64,000 nt of DNA. Source: a virus. Taxonomy: Duplodnaviria; Caudoviricetes. The notes below the pieces were generated by a model. It was not told the DNA's origin. It searched no databases and was given only the letters and a program-made list of their open reading frames with translations. Location of the stretch: IMG/VR virus record IMGVR_UViG_3300028888_000002; one strand, given 5' to 3'. Numbering within the stretch: the first letter of the stretch is position 1; every line of letters starts with the position of its first letter. Made by a program: the position numbers and the translations under genes. This document shows positions 1-9,746 of this stretch, piece by piece.

Positions 1-15
1 CCATACTGAAATCCT

Positions 16-261
16 TTAAGAAATGTGATACTTGCACATAACGTAAAGCAGGCTGATTACAAGGGCACTGATTACGGTAATGCTCAACAGGACAACCGCC
101 TTGAACGGCTGCTTTCGGGACGCTTCCAGGTAACGACCGTGTTCATATTCCAGGGCTGCGTAAATGCTTGAAACAAGCAGGTAGTCGTCCTGGCTATCGC
201 TGACACTGTGGGCACGATACTGCTTGAACGCAGCTACACCTTGTTCATATTTGTTTGGCAT
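16..261 (-). CDS. hypothetical protein with C-terminal transmembrane segment
   Basis: ORF track; hydrophobic C-terminal stretch AVVLLSITVISALVISLLYV. Confidence 0.6.
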   Translation of the reverse strand: MPNKYEQGVAAFKQYRAHSVSDSQDDYLLVSSIYAALEYEHGRYLEASRKQPFKAVVLLSITVISALVISLLYVMCKYHIS

Positions 262-296
262 TCTGTTCCTCGTTAGGTTTATAGTTTCTTTTAAGC

Positions 297-575
297 CTAG
301 TTTGTTACTATAGGATTTCCTTTGAATACGTCAAACTCACTTTCAAAAGTGGCTTCGTCATAAACAACAATATCGTCACCGTTTTTAACAATATATGTGC
401 CAACTTGTGCCGTGTAACTAAATCCATTTGCGGTGCGAATGCAAATCGGAGACCCCTGTGCCACTACCGTTCCAGAGACGGACGCTCTACCTTTGCAAAA
501 GCGGAGAACTTCTAGTAAGTTGTCACCCCTGTAGTAAATGCAATCGCACACTGTTCCTTTAGTATTAGATGTCAT
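297..575 (-). CDS. hypothetical phage protein
   Basis: Start moved to MTSNTKG, whose ATG overlaps the upstream stop (ATGA). Confidence 0.55.
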   Translation of the reverse strand: MTSNTKGTVCDCIYYRGDNLLEVLRFCKGRASVSGTVVAQGSPICIRTANGFSYTAQVGTYIVKNGDDIVVYDEATFESEFDVFKGNPIVTN

Positions 576-1012
576 ATGGACCTTAACTTCTTTGGAGTTC
601 CTTTTTGTCTTAACAATGCTTGGTAGGCAAGTCCATTGCGAATGCGAGTCCACCTCCGCAGATTTGCCATAGCTTCGGAGGGGTCGGTGCCATCGTGCTT
701 GCACAATTCCACTTCCATTGCATAGTAGGCATATTGGCTGTGGGCATAAGCCATCTGTAGCCTGTGCAGGGCAGCAACGGCACCGTGGCGTTCTTGGCGA
801 AGTTTCTTTCTTCTGTCTCGGAAAATATCAAACAACTCCGACCATTTCTTGCGTTCGGCAAGGACTTGGTTGGACAAATCCTCAATGACTTTTTCCACAA
901 GTTCGGCAGGGTAGAAATCCACATATTCGTGGCGGTAGCCCCCGTGTTCGTCCATATAGAAATTGCGTTTGTGCCCCTTGAGGCGGTTCATAGCTAATGT
1001 CTTTACAGGCAT
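572..1012 (-). CDS. hypothetical protein
   Basis: ORF in tightly packed minus-strand array. Confidence 0.65.
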   Translation of the reverse strand: MPVKTLAMNRLKGHKRNFYMDEHGGYRHEYVDFYPAELVEKVIEDLSNQVLAERKKWSELFDIFRDRRKKLRQERHGAVAALHRLQMAYAHSQYAYYAMEVELCKHDGTDPSEAMANLRRWTRIRNGLAYQALLRQKGTPKKLRSI

Positions 1013-1013
1013 A

Positions 1014-1487
1014 TTACTTCACCCCCTTTTCATACGGAATGTCCCGCATAAATCCATTTTCGCCCATTTCGGTCAACGGACGATACTGTTCTGTGTCAAT
1101 GCCGATTTCCTGGACGATTTCTTTTGCAAGTTGCCATTCGCTGCCCTGTTCGCTGCCGTCCGTGGACCACCTGTCAATGACCCCGTGCTTCAAACAGACG
1201 ACAAGCCCCGCCTTTACTGCGGAGTCAAAATCATTGTCGCCTGGGTGCGTCCGAAGACCCCCGCAGTCCGTGATACCTAAACCCTTGTAGCAGTTGCAGT
1301 CAAAGTCAAGCGGTTCTTCGTCACCGCCCGTAAACTTCAAGGTGAAAGTCTTTTCGTCGTGGACGAACGCACAGCGAATTTTCCTTGCTTTGGCTGCACG
1401 GACGAGCGAACGCATATCCTTACAGAACTCTTTTGTAAGCGGGCGTTCACGCTGTTCAATGTTAATGTCGTAGTAGTTACCATACAT
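1014..1487 (-). CDS. hypothetical protein
   Basis: ORF in tightly packed minus-strand array. Confidence 0.7.
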   Translation of the reverse strand: MYGNYYDINIEQRERPLTKEFCKDMRSLVRAAKARKIRCAFVHDEKTFTLKFTGGDEEPLDFDCNCYKGLGITDCGGLRTHPGDNDFDSAVKAGLVVCLKHGVIDRWSTDGSEQGSEWQLAKEIVQEIGIDTEQYRPLTEMGENGFMRDIPYEKGVK

Positions 1488-1492
1488 AGTGA

Positions 1493-2098
1493 TTACCCCT
1501 GTGCGATAGCTTTTTGCTTCTGTTCAACAAAGTTCTGCGGGAACACGACACCCTCCAGGTCCTTTGCAGCCTGCATAGCGTCGCCCCAATCAAAGGACGG
1601 CTTACGGGTCTTTCCCTTGTTTTCGTCCGATGGCTTTGACAGCAGGTCCGCTTCTTGCAGGAACATATAGGACCAGGCTTCCATCTGCTTTTTCAACTGC
1701 TGCTTCAACTTCTTTTCGTATGCGTCCTTGCGGGAGCGATACATAATCATAAGTTCCCGCAGGATTCGGCTGTGGCAATCATACATAGCGTCGTCCATAA
1801 CCGTTTCAACGTAATAGTGCTTGTTTCTGCTGCCCTTGTAGGAATAAATGTCAAATTGGTCCTTTGTCAAGTGCAGGCGTTCGTAGAAGTATTGAACCAC
1901 GACCTGCAATTCCTTTCGGGTATAGTAGCCGAACTCACGCATTTTGCTAGTCCCCGTCACTTCGTCCAGGGTAATGCCATATCTAGCGATTAGCCTGTCA
2001 CGCAGACGGATAGCGTTTGCACGTTCGGGGTCCGATTCGTCGGAAACTTCAATGCGGTATTGCAGGTCACGCAAAATCTTCAAAACTTTGGAATCCAT
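1493..2098 (-). CDS. hypothetical protein, N-terminus DUF2786-like
   Basis: SDPERANAIRLRDRLIARYGI resembles the DUF2786 helix; AAGGA RBS upstream. Confidence 0.6.
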   Translation of the reverse strand: MDSKVLKILRDLQYRIEVSDESDPERANAIRLRDRLIARYGITLDEVTGTSKMREFGYYTRKELQVVVQYFYERLHLTKDQFDIYSYKGSRNKHYYVETVMDDAMYDCHSRILRELMIMYRSRKDAYEKKLKQQLKKQMEAWSYMFLQEADLLSKPSDENKGKTRKPSFDWGDAMQAAKDLEGVVFPQNFVEQKQKAIAQG

Positions 2099-2114
2099 AA
2101 TAAAATCCTTGTAG

Positions 2115-2145
2115 GAAAAATAGGCGGGGCTGCTGTGCCCCGCCT
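2115..2145 (-). terminator. intrinsic terminator
   Basis: AGGCGGGGC-6nt-GCCCCGCCT hairpin followed by ATTTTT on the minus strand. Confidence 0.7.
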
Positions 2146-2155
2146 GGGGTGAAAC

Positions 2156-2941
2156 TTACTTGGCACGGACCACGATTACACGGATATGCCAACAGACGAT
2201 ATTGTAACCGCCACATTCAATGGAGCGAACTTCACACTTGCCTGCGGTGCCCGTGAGGAAGCCGTTAATCACGGCATATCCCTGGGTGCCCGTAGTGACT
2301 TCAAGACCGCTGTAATCTTCGGTAGCACCGATATAGGACTTGATACGGTGGTGCAGGTCCTTGACAAGTGCCTGGGCATCTTCTTTGGCACGAATGTCAA
2401 GTTGTTCGTCGGTGGCTTCGGCAACACGCTTGAGGCTGTCCTGCACGTTCCACATACACTTGCCCTGGGACTTCCAATAGTCGTAGTTGCTCCACTTGCC
2501 TTCTTCCTTTAAGGTCTTGATACGCATAACAGCAATATCCCTGCGGGTCTTGTATTCGTAGGCGAAAGCCTTTGTCAAGTCAACTGCGTAATTTTGGAGT
2601 GCCTGCGGGATAGACTTGATTTCGGCTTCTGCGTCAGCCTTTTCCTTGCGGAGTCTTTCAAGTTCCATTTCGTCGCTAGTGATTTCACGGGTCCTGCGTT
2701 CAATGGATTCACGGGCGTTGTCAGCAGTAGAAATCGGACCGAAAGCCAATTCCCAATCGTTGAACATCGTGTGGGCGTTGTGAGAATCGTTGCCGTCACC
2801 GACGTAGGAGTAGCCCTTCTTCGCACACTTCGCAACAGCGTTGTTGAGGCGGACCTGTGCCTTTGCGATAGCGTCCTTATTCTTTTGAATGCGGGCGTAG
2901 GCACGTTCAATGTCTTTGTCAATGGTGCGGATATTTCTCAT
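2156..2941 (-). CDS. early coiled-coil hypothetical protein
   Basis: True start MRNIRT follows the ACCGAGGA RBS of promoter cassette 1. Confidence 0.75.
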   Translation of the reverse strand: MRNIRTIDKDIERAYARIQKNKDAIAKAQVRLNNAVAKCAKKGYSYVGDGNDSHNAHTMFNDWELAFGPISTADNARESIERRTREITSDEMELERLRKEKADAEAEIKSIPQALQNYAVDLTKAFAYEYKTRRDIAVMRIKTLKEEGKWSNYDYWKSQGKCMWNVQDSLKRVAEATDEQLDIRAKEDAQALVKDLHHRIKSYIGATEDYSGLEVTTGTQGYAVINGFLTGTAGKCEVRSIECGGYNIVCWHIRVIVVRAK

Positions 2942-2944
2942 TTT

Positions 2945-3034
2945 GGAATCCTCGGTTGAAGTGGTTGTCTTTCCTTTACGCCCTAAATATAACAAAATAC
3001 CTAGTCGTTGTCAACAGGTATTTTAAAAATTTTT
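2945..3034 (-). promoter_or_regulatory. early promoter cassette copy 1
   Basis: TTGACA(3014-3009)-17bp-TATATT(2991-2986); AT-rich UP tract; AATACCT..AGGTATT inverted repeat; leader ACAACCACTTCAACCGAGGA. Confidence 0.85.
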
Positions 3035-3043
3035 GAATTTTTT

Positions 3044-3223
3044 TCAAGGTCGCCCACAGCGGTGTCGGGCGAGAACTGAATTTCTGCGTCTAGCCCGTTC
3101 CGCAAGTTCCTGGGCTTCCCGTTTACGCCTGTTGTCTTCCCGTCTGCGACGTTCCGCTTCCTGCTCACGTCTGCTACGGGCTGCACTATCCAGGCAACAG
3201 ATTGCAGCAGCAGCCCCGAACAT
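3044..3223 (-). CDS. small Arg/Glu-rich protein (59 aa, not in ORF track)
   Basis: GGAGG RBS then MFGAAAAICCLDSAARSRREQEAERRRRE...; fills the gap between neighbours. Confidence 0.5.
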   Translation of the reverse strand: MFGAAAAICCLDSAARSRREQEAERRRREDNRRKREAQELAERARRRNSVLARHRCGRP

Positions 3224-3225
3224 AG

Positions 3226-3510
3226 CTATTCCTCCACGCAGGTAAAACTAACAGGATAGGGGTAGCGTTCCATATTTTGATTGTAGGCTCCCGCCCTAGT
3301 GCTTTGATAGTCCGTCTTGTTCTCAATGGAACACTTGATTTTCCTGGGCTTTTCAACAGGAATTTCCTGCTTTATGCAGACGGATTTCAAGCTAGGGTGC
3401 AGGGAGCTGCGGGCAGCTTCGCACTGCTGCAAATCCTGGAACGTCAAACGGGTGTCAACACCCCCTTGCCCTAGATAGACGATAACAAGAACGAATATGG
3501 TCTTAATCAT
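3226..3510 (-). CDS. hypothetical protein with signal-like N-terminus
   Basis: MIKTIFVLVIVYLG hydrophobic start. Confidence 0.6.
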   Translation of the reverse strand: MIKTIFVLVIVYLGQGGVDTRLTFQDLQQCEAARSSLHPSLKSVCIKQEIPVEKPRKIKCSIENKTDYQSTRAGAYNQNMERYPYPVSFTCVEE

Positions 3511-3666
3511 AAAGTTTACCTACCCTTATTTTTAGATATGACTTTTTGTAAATGTCGGGATATTCCTTGCATATTTCGGCAACCCTGTTTTCAGCAGATT
3601 TCCTAGATTTGCAAGACGCAAGATACCTATGGGTGCCACACGATTCGTCAAACACGTTGTAGATTT

Positions 3667-3867
3667 TCACGGGGCTTCCTCCACAACTTCGTAGCTGTCT
3701 TCGGGCAGCAACCGCAAAGAACCCCAGGTGCCCTTGATATGACCCCTGTCGTCAATATGGGTCACGGTCCCGACCTTGCCGATTAGGTTCTTTTCGGAAA
3801 TCGGCAGGGAGCCGTCGGAGTCCGTGGCGAACCCCAAAATCCTAATCTTGTCGCCAACCTTTACCAT
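3667..3867 (-). CDS. DUF4314-like small protein
   Basis: VGDKIRI...GTVTHIDDRGHIKGTWGSLRLLPEDSYEVV pattern. Confidence 0.65.
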   Translation of the reverse strand: MVKVGDKIRILGFATDSDGSLPISEKNLIGKVGTVTHIDDRGHIKGTWGSLRLLPEDSYEVVEEAP

Positions 3868-4238
3868 ACGTGATACAGCTCCCCATATTCAGCACAGCAT
3901 TTTACTTCGTTCCAAATTTGGTCCGAAATTTCTTCAATTTCGGGGTGCTGCTGAAAGGCTTCCCAAAGAGGCTTCGGGTCGTAACATACGTCCACAGGCT
4001 TTTGGCAGAACGCAACGATAGCTTCGGGTGTTCCTTCGGGGAACGTGAACTTGTCGTCACGTTCGTGGACCTTGCCGAGCATATACGTCGGGTTGATAAG
4101 GCTCTTTTCAACCTTCTTTGCGTCTTCAACAAACTGCGAATTGAGAACGGCACCGAAGCACTGCGTCGCAATTTTTTCAACTTCTTCGTAATAGCGGGGA
4201 TAGCTTGAGCTACCGCCCCAACTAAAATCTACTCCCAT
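3861..4238 (-). CDS. hypothetical protein
   Basis: ORF in packed array. Confidence 0.65.
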   Translation of the reverse strand: MGVDFSWGGSSSYPRYYEEVEKIATQCFGAVLNSQFVEDAKKVEKSLINPTYMLGKVHERDDKFTFPEGTPEAIVAFCQKPVDVCYDPKPLWEAFQQHPEIEEISDQIWNEVKCCAEYGELYHVW

Positions 4239-4240
4239 AC

Positions 4241-4795
4241 CTATGCCTCCTTTTCGTGATAAAGTTCTTTTAAGTTCTTACACGCTTGGGCGATTTGCAT
4301 AATCCTGGCTAACTTGTCGTTGTATGCCTGCATAGCCTTGATAGATTCTGCACGTTCGTCAAAGTCTTCCTGGTTCAAGTCTGCGTCTAGCACGGCTCCC
4401 GATTGGGCAAGCACTTCAGCAGCATATTCAAACAGACGCTTGTCAATCTTGTCGGGGTCGTCCGTCGTCAAGTGGACGATTGTTTCAGCCCCCGTTTCCC
4501 TGGTGTCTGCGAAACAAAGGACGGACACCCTGTAAGACGGTTTCTTGTCAAAGAAACCCGTGCTGTTCCAAATGTTAAACTGAAACTTTACAGCGTTGAA
4601 CTTTTCCCTGGAATAGTCCCCTACAAGGTAAGTGGACGGCTTGTCGTAACTGTCCATATTCCAACCGTTACCGCAGTGACCGATAGGGACCAACGCCTTT
4701 TCATTGGTTATCCTATACCAAACGTCAAAGAAAAACTTTGAAGTCCCGATACGTTGTGGTCCGAAAATTTTTTCATTATTGAATACGTCGTTCAT
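4241..4795 (-). CDS. hypothetical protein
   Basis: Start MNDVF after AAGGA RBS. Confidence 0.65.
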   Translation of the reverse strand: MNDVFNNEKIFGPQRIGTSKFFFDVWYRITNEKALVPIGHCGNGWNMDSYDKPSTYLVGDYSREKFNAVKFQFNIWNSTGFFDKKPSYRVSVLCFADTRETGAETIVHLTTDDPDKIDKRLFEYAAEVLAQSGAVLDADLNQEDFDERAESIKAMQAYNDKLARIMQIAQACKNLKELYHEKEA

Positions 4796-4805
4796 AATCA
4801 AATCC

Positions 4806-5519
4806 TTACGGGTAAATGTCCATAACAAGTGGGTTTCTCTTGTAGCCTGGTCCCGAAATATCCCCCAGGATATACGTGACCGTGAAATTCAGCATTTTCA
4901 AGAAATGCGGGGCGAACCTGGGTAGGTCCGAACATTCGTCCTGGTAGGCGAACTTCTTACGGGAATCCCCGAAGATAATGTCCGAATAAATCGGGAACGC
5001 CTGGTGTGCGTCAACGGGGTTTAGCCCGCACAGGCTATCCAATCGTTTCAGCAAATCCGTAACGTCCGCAGGCGTGAGAATGAAACGCCATTCTTCGTTC
5101 TTCGGACGCAGTTTGTAACCCTGGCTCTTGTCGGACTTGACAAGGGACTTCCTGTGACGATTGAGCAGCCATTGAGCCAAAACCTTGCTGCGGGAACTTC
5201 CCGTGTAAAGGTGCGGTAGCTTTTCAATGGAAGCCATTTCCTTGAGTGAGTTCACCTTACGCATAAGGGTGAACCACTTGTCAAATTCAGCAGGGGACAC
5301 TACCTTGTAAATAGGTAGTTCGTCTTTTACGGATTTGAAAGACCGCTTACCTTCTTCGGCTTCTTCCATTTCACGATTGAAGCGGTCCATATCGGCATCA
5401 AACGTGGCTTGATACTTTTCGTAAAGTTTCTGTTCAAGTTTGTCAAAAGCGTCGTCAGCCTTTAAGTAGTTCTTAAAGGAATGTGCGTCCACACGATACC
5501 AATAAATGCTGCTGCCCAT
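4806..5519 (-). CDS. hypothetical protein
   Basis: Start MGSSIYWY adjacent to upstream stop. Confidence 0.65.
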   Translation of the reverse strand: MGSSIYWYRVDAHSFKNYLKADDAFDKLEQKLYEKYQATFDADMDRFNREMEEAEEGKRSFKSVKDELPIYKVVSPAEFDKWFTLMRKVNSLKEMASIEKLPHLYTGSSRSKVLAQWLLNRHRKSLVKSDKSQGYKLRPKNEEWRFILTPADVTDLLKRLDSLCGLNPVDAHQAFPIYSDIIFGDSRKKFAYQDECSDLPRFAPHFLKMLNFTVTYILGDISGPGYKRNPLVMDIYP

Positions 5520-5520
5520 A

Positions 5521-5814
5521 TTATACTTCCCACCTGTTGTATTCGTTATCCTTGTCACCCCAGGCGATACCGCTAAAACGAATCTTTGGGGGCTTGCCTG
5601 GGTCGTTCATATTGGTTCCCCACATATGGATATAGTAGCCCTTGCGGGAACCCGCCATCATATAGGTATAATACCAACAGCCACTATCCGTGACCTTATA
5701 TCCGAAGCCCTTCAAGCGTTCGTAAGCCTGGTCAAAAGTGACCCTGCCTTTTGTAAGGTCATCGCACAGTGTATGGGCGAAATCGTTAAATGCTCTTTGG
5801 GTAGTAGAAGCCAT
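5521..5814 (-). CDS. hypothetical protein
   Basis: ORF in packed array. Confidence 0.6.
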   Translation of the reverse strand: MASTTQRAFNDFAHTLCDDLTKGRVTFDQAYERLKGFGYKVTDSGCWYYTYMMAGSRKGYYIHMWGTNMNDPGKPPKIRFSGIAWGDKDNEYNRWEV

Positions 5815-5822
5815 CGTCTTAC

Positions 5823-6035
5823 CTACTTCTTAATGTTGTGGGTGTCCACGTAGTTTTCGTTGCACAGGATTACCTGTTTGTTGCCAATGTAGGCATACAT
5901 ATATTCACCGCTAATGCCGTGCCAATCGGAGCAATCGCTTGCACCCATAGAAATGCTGGCACCATACTTCTTGAGCAGGTCCTTGAGTTCCTTTTTGAAG
6001 TTAGCGGGCGTGAGTTCTGCTGTCGCCATTATCAT
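5823..6035 (-). CDS. early hypothetical protein
   Basis: First gene after promoter cassette 2. Confidence 0.65.
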   Translation of the reverse strand: MIMATAELTPANFKKELKDLLKKYGASISMGASDCSDWHGISGEYMYAYIGNKQVILCNENYVDTHNIKK

Positions 6036-6116
6036 ATCCTCGGTTGAAGTGGTTGTTTCTTCTACCTTAAATATAACAAATTACCTAGTGGCTGTCAATA
6101 GGAAAATGAAAAATTA
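6036..6116 (-). promoter_or_regulatory. early promoter cassette copy 2
   Basis: TTGACA(6098-6093)-17bp-TATATT(6075-6070); same leader ending ACCGAGGA. Confidence 0.85.
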
Positions 6117-6288
6117 TTTCTTTTCTTTCAACCAGGCAACATTGCCGTCAACCATAACCTTTTTCGGGTGTAGCAAACATTTGGTCGCTATGGCATCAAT
6201 CGCAGATGTAAGGACGCTATTCAAGCCTAGTTCCTGTGAAGTAGAAAATTTCTGTTCTTCAAATTCAATTTCAATTTTCTTTTTCATT

Positions 6289-7143
6289 TTAGTTTTCCTT
6301 TGTTATTCGGTTTCTTGTTTTAGGGTCCAACGGGATATTCGGGAATTTCGTTATATTCCATTGGGCGGGTTCAACTATTCTGCACCAACGTCGGGGAGTG
6401 ACAAATACATCCCCGTTAAACAGGTCAACTGTTCCGTCGTCCCGTTTAATTGTTTCGTTGACATCGCAAACCGTGTAATATCCCTGGGCAGTCTGCACCA
6501 GGATTTCGCCACGCTCCGTAGCGTCGTGTTTAGTAGGCTTTACGTCCGCATATTCTAGCCATTCCGTATAGTGGCAATCCGAGGTTCTTCGGACATACCA
6601 ATTCATTCTTGCGACCCTGGCGATTTCACCCAGGGGCGTTTGAGGGTCATAGCCGATAGTGTGCTTTTCGTGCCGAAGCATATTGCAGATAGCGTTGACC
6701 GTCCGTTGGTCCAGGGGTTGTTCCCACTGTTCCGTGCCTTCGGTCCCCGTCGGTTTCGGGGTTAGCTTGTTCTGCATAACCGTGGCACCCTGGCGGGAAT
6801 ACACCGAAACGCATTCCTGCGGGATAGTCTTGAACGTCCCCTGCTGCGTTCTTATGTAATAAACGCCCTGCGGGATTTCCTTGTAGTCCTTATAAACCCT
6901 GTTGGGCTTTCGGGACTTGTAGGCTTCCCAACCTTTGATAGTTTGGTAGTAGAAAAACATCGCCACACAGGTATAGATAACCCACAGACACGAATTTTCA
7001 GTAATCACCATACACGCTAGGCATTCTGCAAGTATCGTCGTTAAGAGCGAACTTACGGTAAAACAACCGTGAAAACCTTTTGCTAGGAATATCCCGCAAG
7101 TGGCTGCGGAAATGACTGTGAGAATTATTGTGATTTCTAACAT
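6289..7143 (-). CDS. membrane protein, hypothetical
   Basis: About three N-terminal hydrophobic segments. Confidence 0.65.
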   Translation of the reverse strand: MLEITIILTVISAATCGIFLAKGFHGCFTVSSLLTTILAECLACMVITENSCLWVIYTCVAMFFYYQTIKGWEAYKSRKPNRVYKDYKEIPQGVYYIRTQQGTFKTIPQECVSVYSRQGATVMQNKLTPKPTGTEGTEQWEQPLDQRTVNAICNMLRHEKHTIGYDPQTPLGEIARVARMNWYVRRTSDCHYTEWLEYADVKPTKHDATERGEILVQTAQGYYTVCDVNETIKRDDGTVDLFNGDVFVTPRRWCRIVEPAQWNITKFPNIPLDPKTRNRITKEN

Positions 7144-7154
7144 AGTGTTATCCC

Positions 7155-7409
7155 TTACAAACGGTGGCTGTCAAAGCGTTCGCTAATTTCGTCAAACCGC
7201 TGTCGGCAGTATTCAGCGAAGTCGCCTAACGACCATTCCTTATAGACAAATTCTTTGGACTTGTAGTCCCCGTAAGCCCGCAGCCTCCATTCGTTGTCGG
7301 GATTGCCACAGAACGCCTTTGCGTCGGCTTCGGTTTCTACGAACTTGATAGGGTCACTTGTCATTACGTGACCGTCTTTGCAGTGCGATTCAACATACAG
7401 TGCGAACAT
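7155..7409 (-). CDS. hypothetical protein
   Basis: ORF in packed array. Confidence 0.6.
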   Translation of the reverse strand: MFALYVESHCKDGHVMTSDPIKFVETEADAKAFCGNPDNEWRLRAYGDYKSKEFVYKEWSLGDFAEYCRQRFDEISERFDSHRL

Positions 7410-8035
7410 TACTTACCCCTATTTTGTTGAATTGTTTTGAGTTTTCCTAGCAGGTCCACGACTTGTTCCCTGTTAGGCGTATTGGCTAACATAGCTTCCA
7501 GGTTCTTTCGCTGTTGGTCGTGAAGCGTGTAGCCCGTAGCGTCCAAACCTTTGGCGGTATCTACGGTTTTAGCTTCGGGCTTCGGCTGTTCCTTTTCGGC
7601 TTCGTCCTTTGGCTTGTAAGTGACCCGTGCCATAGCGTGAATGTAAACCGTTTCACCATTCTTGTGAGCCTTCTTCGCTTCGTCTTCGGATAGCACGATA
7701 CACTTGCCATACTTGCCGACCTTGTAAAGAACCTGGCGTGGAACGTCCAGGTAGGTCGGGTAATACTTTCGGGGCAGGTATAGTTCAAGCAGGAACATTA
7801 TTCCGCTATATGCTCCCGCAAGCCCGAAGGCAAGCATTCCCTTGAACGGACTAATACCTAGCACAGCCAGGAACCTTGTAGGGTCCGTAAACCCATACAC
7901 GATAAACGCAACTACATACAGCAGCGTTAGGACACGGAACACGGACGTTCCCCTGTAAAGTCCGTTGCTCTTGCAGATTTCAGCGACGAAGACAATGAGC
8001 CACGCCACGATAACGAAAGTGAATCCTACTACCAT
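7409..8035 (-). CDS. membrane protein, hypothetical
   Basis: Three N-terminal hydrophobic segments; same overall layout as 6289..7143. Confidence 0.65.
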   Translation of the reverse strand: MVVGFTFVIVAWLIVFVAEICKSNGLYRGTSVFRVLTLLYVVAFIVYGFTDPTRFLAVLGISPFKGMLAFGLAGAYSGIMFLLELYLPRKYYPTYLDVPRQVLYKVGKYGKCIVLSEDEAKKAHKNGETVYIHAMARVTYKPKDEAEKEQPKPEAKTVDTAKGLDATGYTLHDQQRKNLEAMLANTPNREQVVDLLGKLKTIQQNRGK

Positions 8036-8037
8036 TT

Positions 8038-8700
8038 TTAGTCCTTTGTTTGAAGTTTCTTACCCTTTGCCTTCTTCGGGGAAATGTCGTCCCATTCCTT
8101 GCGGTGCTTCCGATGCCATTCCACAATATCCCACAGGTAGGGGTTCTGTTCAAAGATTTCTTCGCAAACCAGGTCCTTGCGGTCGTGGGTTTCCAGGTCG
8201 TCCAGGAACTTGCAGAAACGGAGCAGGTAGGTTCGCATAAGTTCGTCGCATTGACAAATCCTGCTTGCCGTCGGCAGGTCGCTGCGGGTCCCTAACTTAA
8301 CTTCACGGGCGAAGTTTTGGAAGTTGGTAAATTCCTGCACGTATTCCAGGACTTCCCAAACACACAGTTGTGTGCCCTCCAGGAACTTTTTAGTCAAGAA
8401 CCTGGGTGTGCCCTTATGCTCGCCCGCTTTGATAGTGTCGGCAGACAAGCGTCTTCCAAGAGCGAACATACTGCCACGCATATTGCTAATACGGTTCTTG
8501 TATTTGTTCGCCTGGATTTGGCTAATCGTGGGAATAACCCCCAGGAAGTAAGGGGGTGCGTTTTCGTCCATTTCGGACATTTGACAGAGAAGTTCCTTTG
8601 CGAGAAGTGCCCCTCGGTCGGATTTCAAGATTTTCTGCATAGCCCCGTATTCTTCCAGGGTTACGTTTTTGATATTGGAGTCCTTAAAAAGATTACTCAT
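8038..8700 (-). CDS. hypothetical protein
   Basis: Start MSNLFKD, downstream of the previous gene stop. Confidence 0.65.
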   Translation of the reverse strand: MSNLFKDSNIKNVTLEEYGAMQKILKSDRGALLAKELLCQMSEMDENAPPYFLGVIPTISQIQANKYKNRISNMRGSMFALGRRLSADTIKAGEHKGTPRFLTKKFLEGTQLCVWEVLEYVQEFTNFQNFAREVKLGTRSDLPTASRICQCDELMRTYLLRFCKFLDDLETHDRKDLVCEEIFEQNPYLWDIVEWHRKHRKEWDDISPKKAKGKKLQTKD

Positions 8701-8711
8701 AGAGTTGCCAT

Positions 8712-9044
8712 TTAATTGAATTGACGGACAATCCAGGCGGGGACCAATACGTGAGTGCCTTCCTGGAACGAACCGTCGGGGTTGACATAGTAATTGTTGA
8801 GGATAACTTTGCACTGCGACTTCGGAGCATAGTAGAAGCGTCTGCTGCACTTGCCATCCTTAAAGAGTGGCGTATAGTCAAAGCACCAGGCTTTTTCAGT
8901 TTCTTTGCAAGCCACTTCAACCCAACAGTCAATGTCGCCCAACTTGACCTGTTCCATAACGGGCAGGTTATTAAATTCATTAAAGAACTTGACCCAATCG
9001 GCAGTTGTTTGGATTTTGTCAAAGCACTTAAAGTTGCACTTCAT
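8712..9044 (-). CDS. early hypothetical protein
   Basis: Start MKCNFK after the cassette 3 RBS. Confidence 0.7.
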   Translation of the reverse strand: MKCNFKCFDKIQTTADWVKFFNEFNNLPVMEQVKLGDIDCWVEVACKETEKAWCFDYTPLFKDGKCSRRFYYAPKSQCKVILNNYYVNPDGSFQEGTHVLVPAWIVRQFN

Positions 9045-9047
9045 TTT

Positions 9048-9131
9048 GCTATCCTCGGTTAAAAGTGGTTGTCTTTCTACCGTAAATATAACAAAATATC
9101 TAACCGCTGTCAACAGGTATTCAAAAAAATT
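9048..9131 (-). promoter_or_regulatory. early promoter cassette copy 3
   Basis: TTGACA(9113-9108)-17bp-TATATT(9090-9085); leader ACAACCAC..AACCGAGGATAGC. Confidence 0.85.
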
Positions 9132-9516
9132 ATTTATAGTATCGCTTGAACCCCGTGCGGGTGTTCTTGACCTGGAACACTCCCCACGAATAGGTCGTTT
9201 CTAGCAGTGTCTTGCCATCGTATTCGTGGTATTCCTTGTTCCTGCGTCGGTATCTTGCAAAGTAGCGTTGCAGGGCGTGTCTAGCGTCGTAAGCCCTTAC
9301 GACCGCATTGGGAGCATCCGAATCCCAAAAGGAACCGAACAGGCGGTCGCTTCTACGGATTTCGTAGGTGTCCATACACAACTTGATAGAGTCCCGCATT
9401 TCGTGGAACTTGTGGACCCTATACCACCTGGTAGATTTGACTATCGGGATGCACAGGACGCTGACTATGCACAAGATACCGAGAGCCATACTTACGTTTT
9501 CGTAGATTTCGCTCAT
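9130..9516 (-). CDS. hypothetical protein with N-terminal TM helix
   Basis: MALGILCIVSVLCIPIV. Confidence 0.6.
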   Translation of the reverse strand: MSEIYENVSMALGILCIVSVLCIPIVKSTRWYRVHKFHEMRDSIKLCMDTYEIRRSDRLFGSFWDSDAPNAVVRAYDARHALQRYFARYRRRNKEYHEYDGKTLLETTYSWGVFQVKNTRTGFKRYYK

Positions 9517-9746
9517 ATACCCTCCGAAAGTTTACGTCCGCATACGGGACAAAAGTTAATCGTGACTGACACTACTGAATTGCCGTCCTTGTTGTCTATG
9601 ACTGTTAAGAAGCAGTCGCGTTCGTCGTCAACGGAATGCGTGACAAATAGTTCATAGCGGTTGTCCCCGCCCAGGAACAAATCCACCTTTGCCCTGTCTT
9701 CACGATTACGGGAATCGCCCTTAAATTCTTCGCAAAACTTACACAT
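9513..9746 (-). CDS. small zinc-ribbon protein (CxxC...INFCPVCGR family)
   Basis: MCKFCEE...INFCPVCGRKL. Confidence 0.7.
   Translation of the reverse strand: MCKFCEEFKGDSRNREDRAKVDLFLGGDNRYELFVTHSVDDERDCFLTVIDNKDGNSVVSVTINFCPVCGRKLSEGI

Noticed and set aside
2942-2995. Apparent shared N-terminal peptide MLYLG.K..TTT.TEDS.M on several ORFs (2156, 8712, 13304, 44556, 55312, 59637)
   Set aside because: It is an artefact of translating through the repeated promoter/leader cassette; the real starts follow the ACCGAGG RBS.
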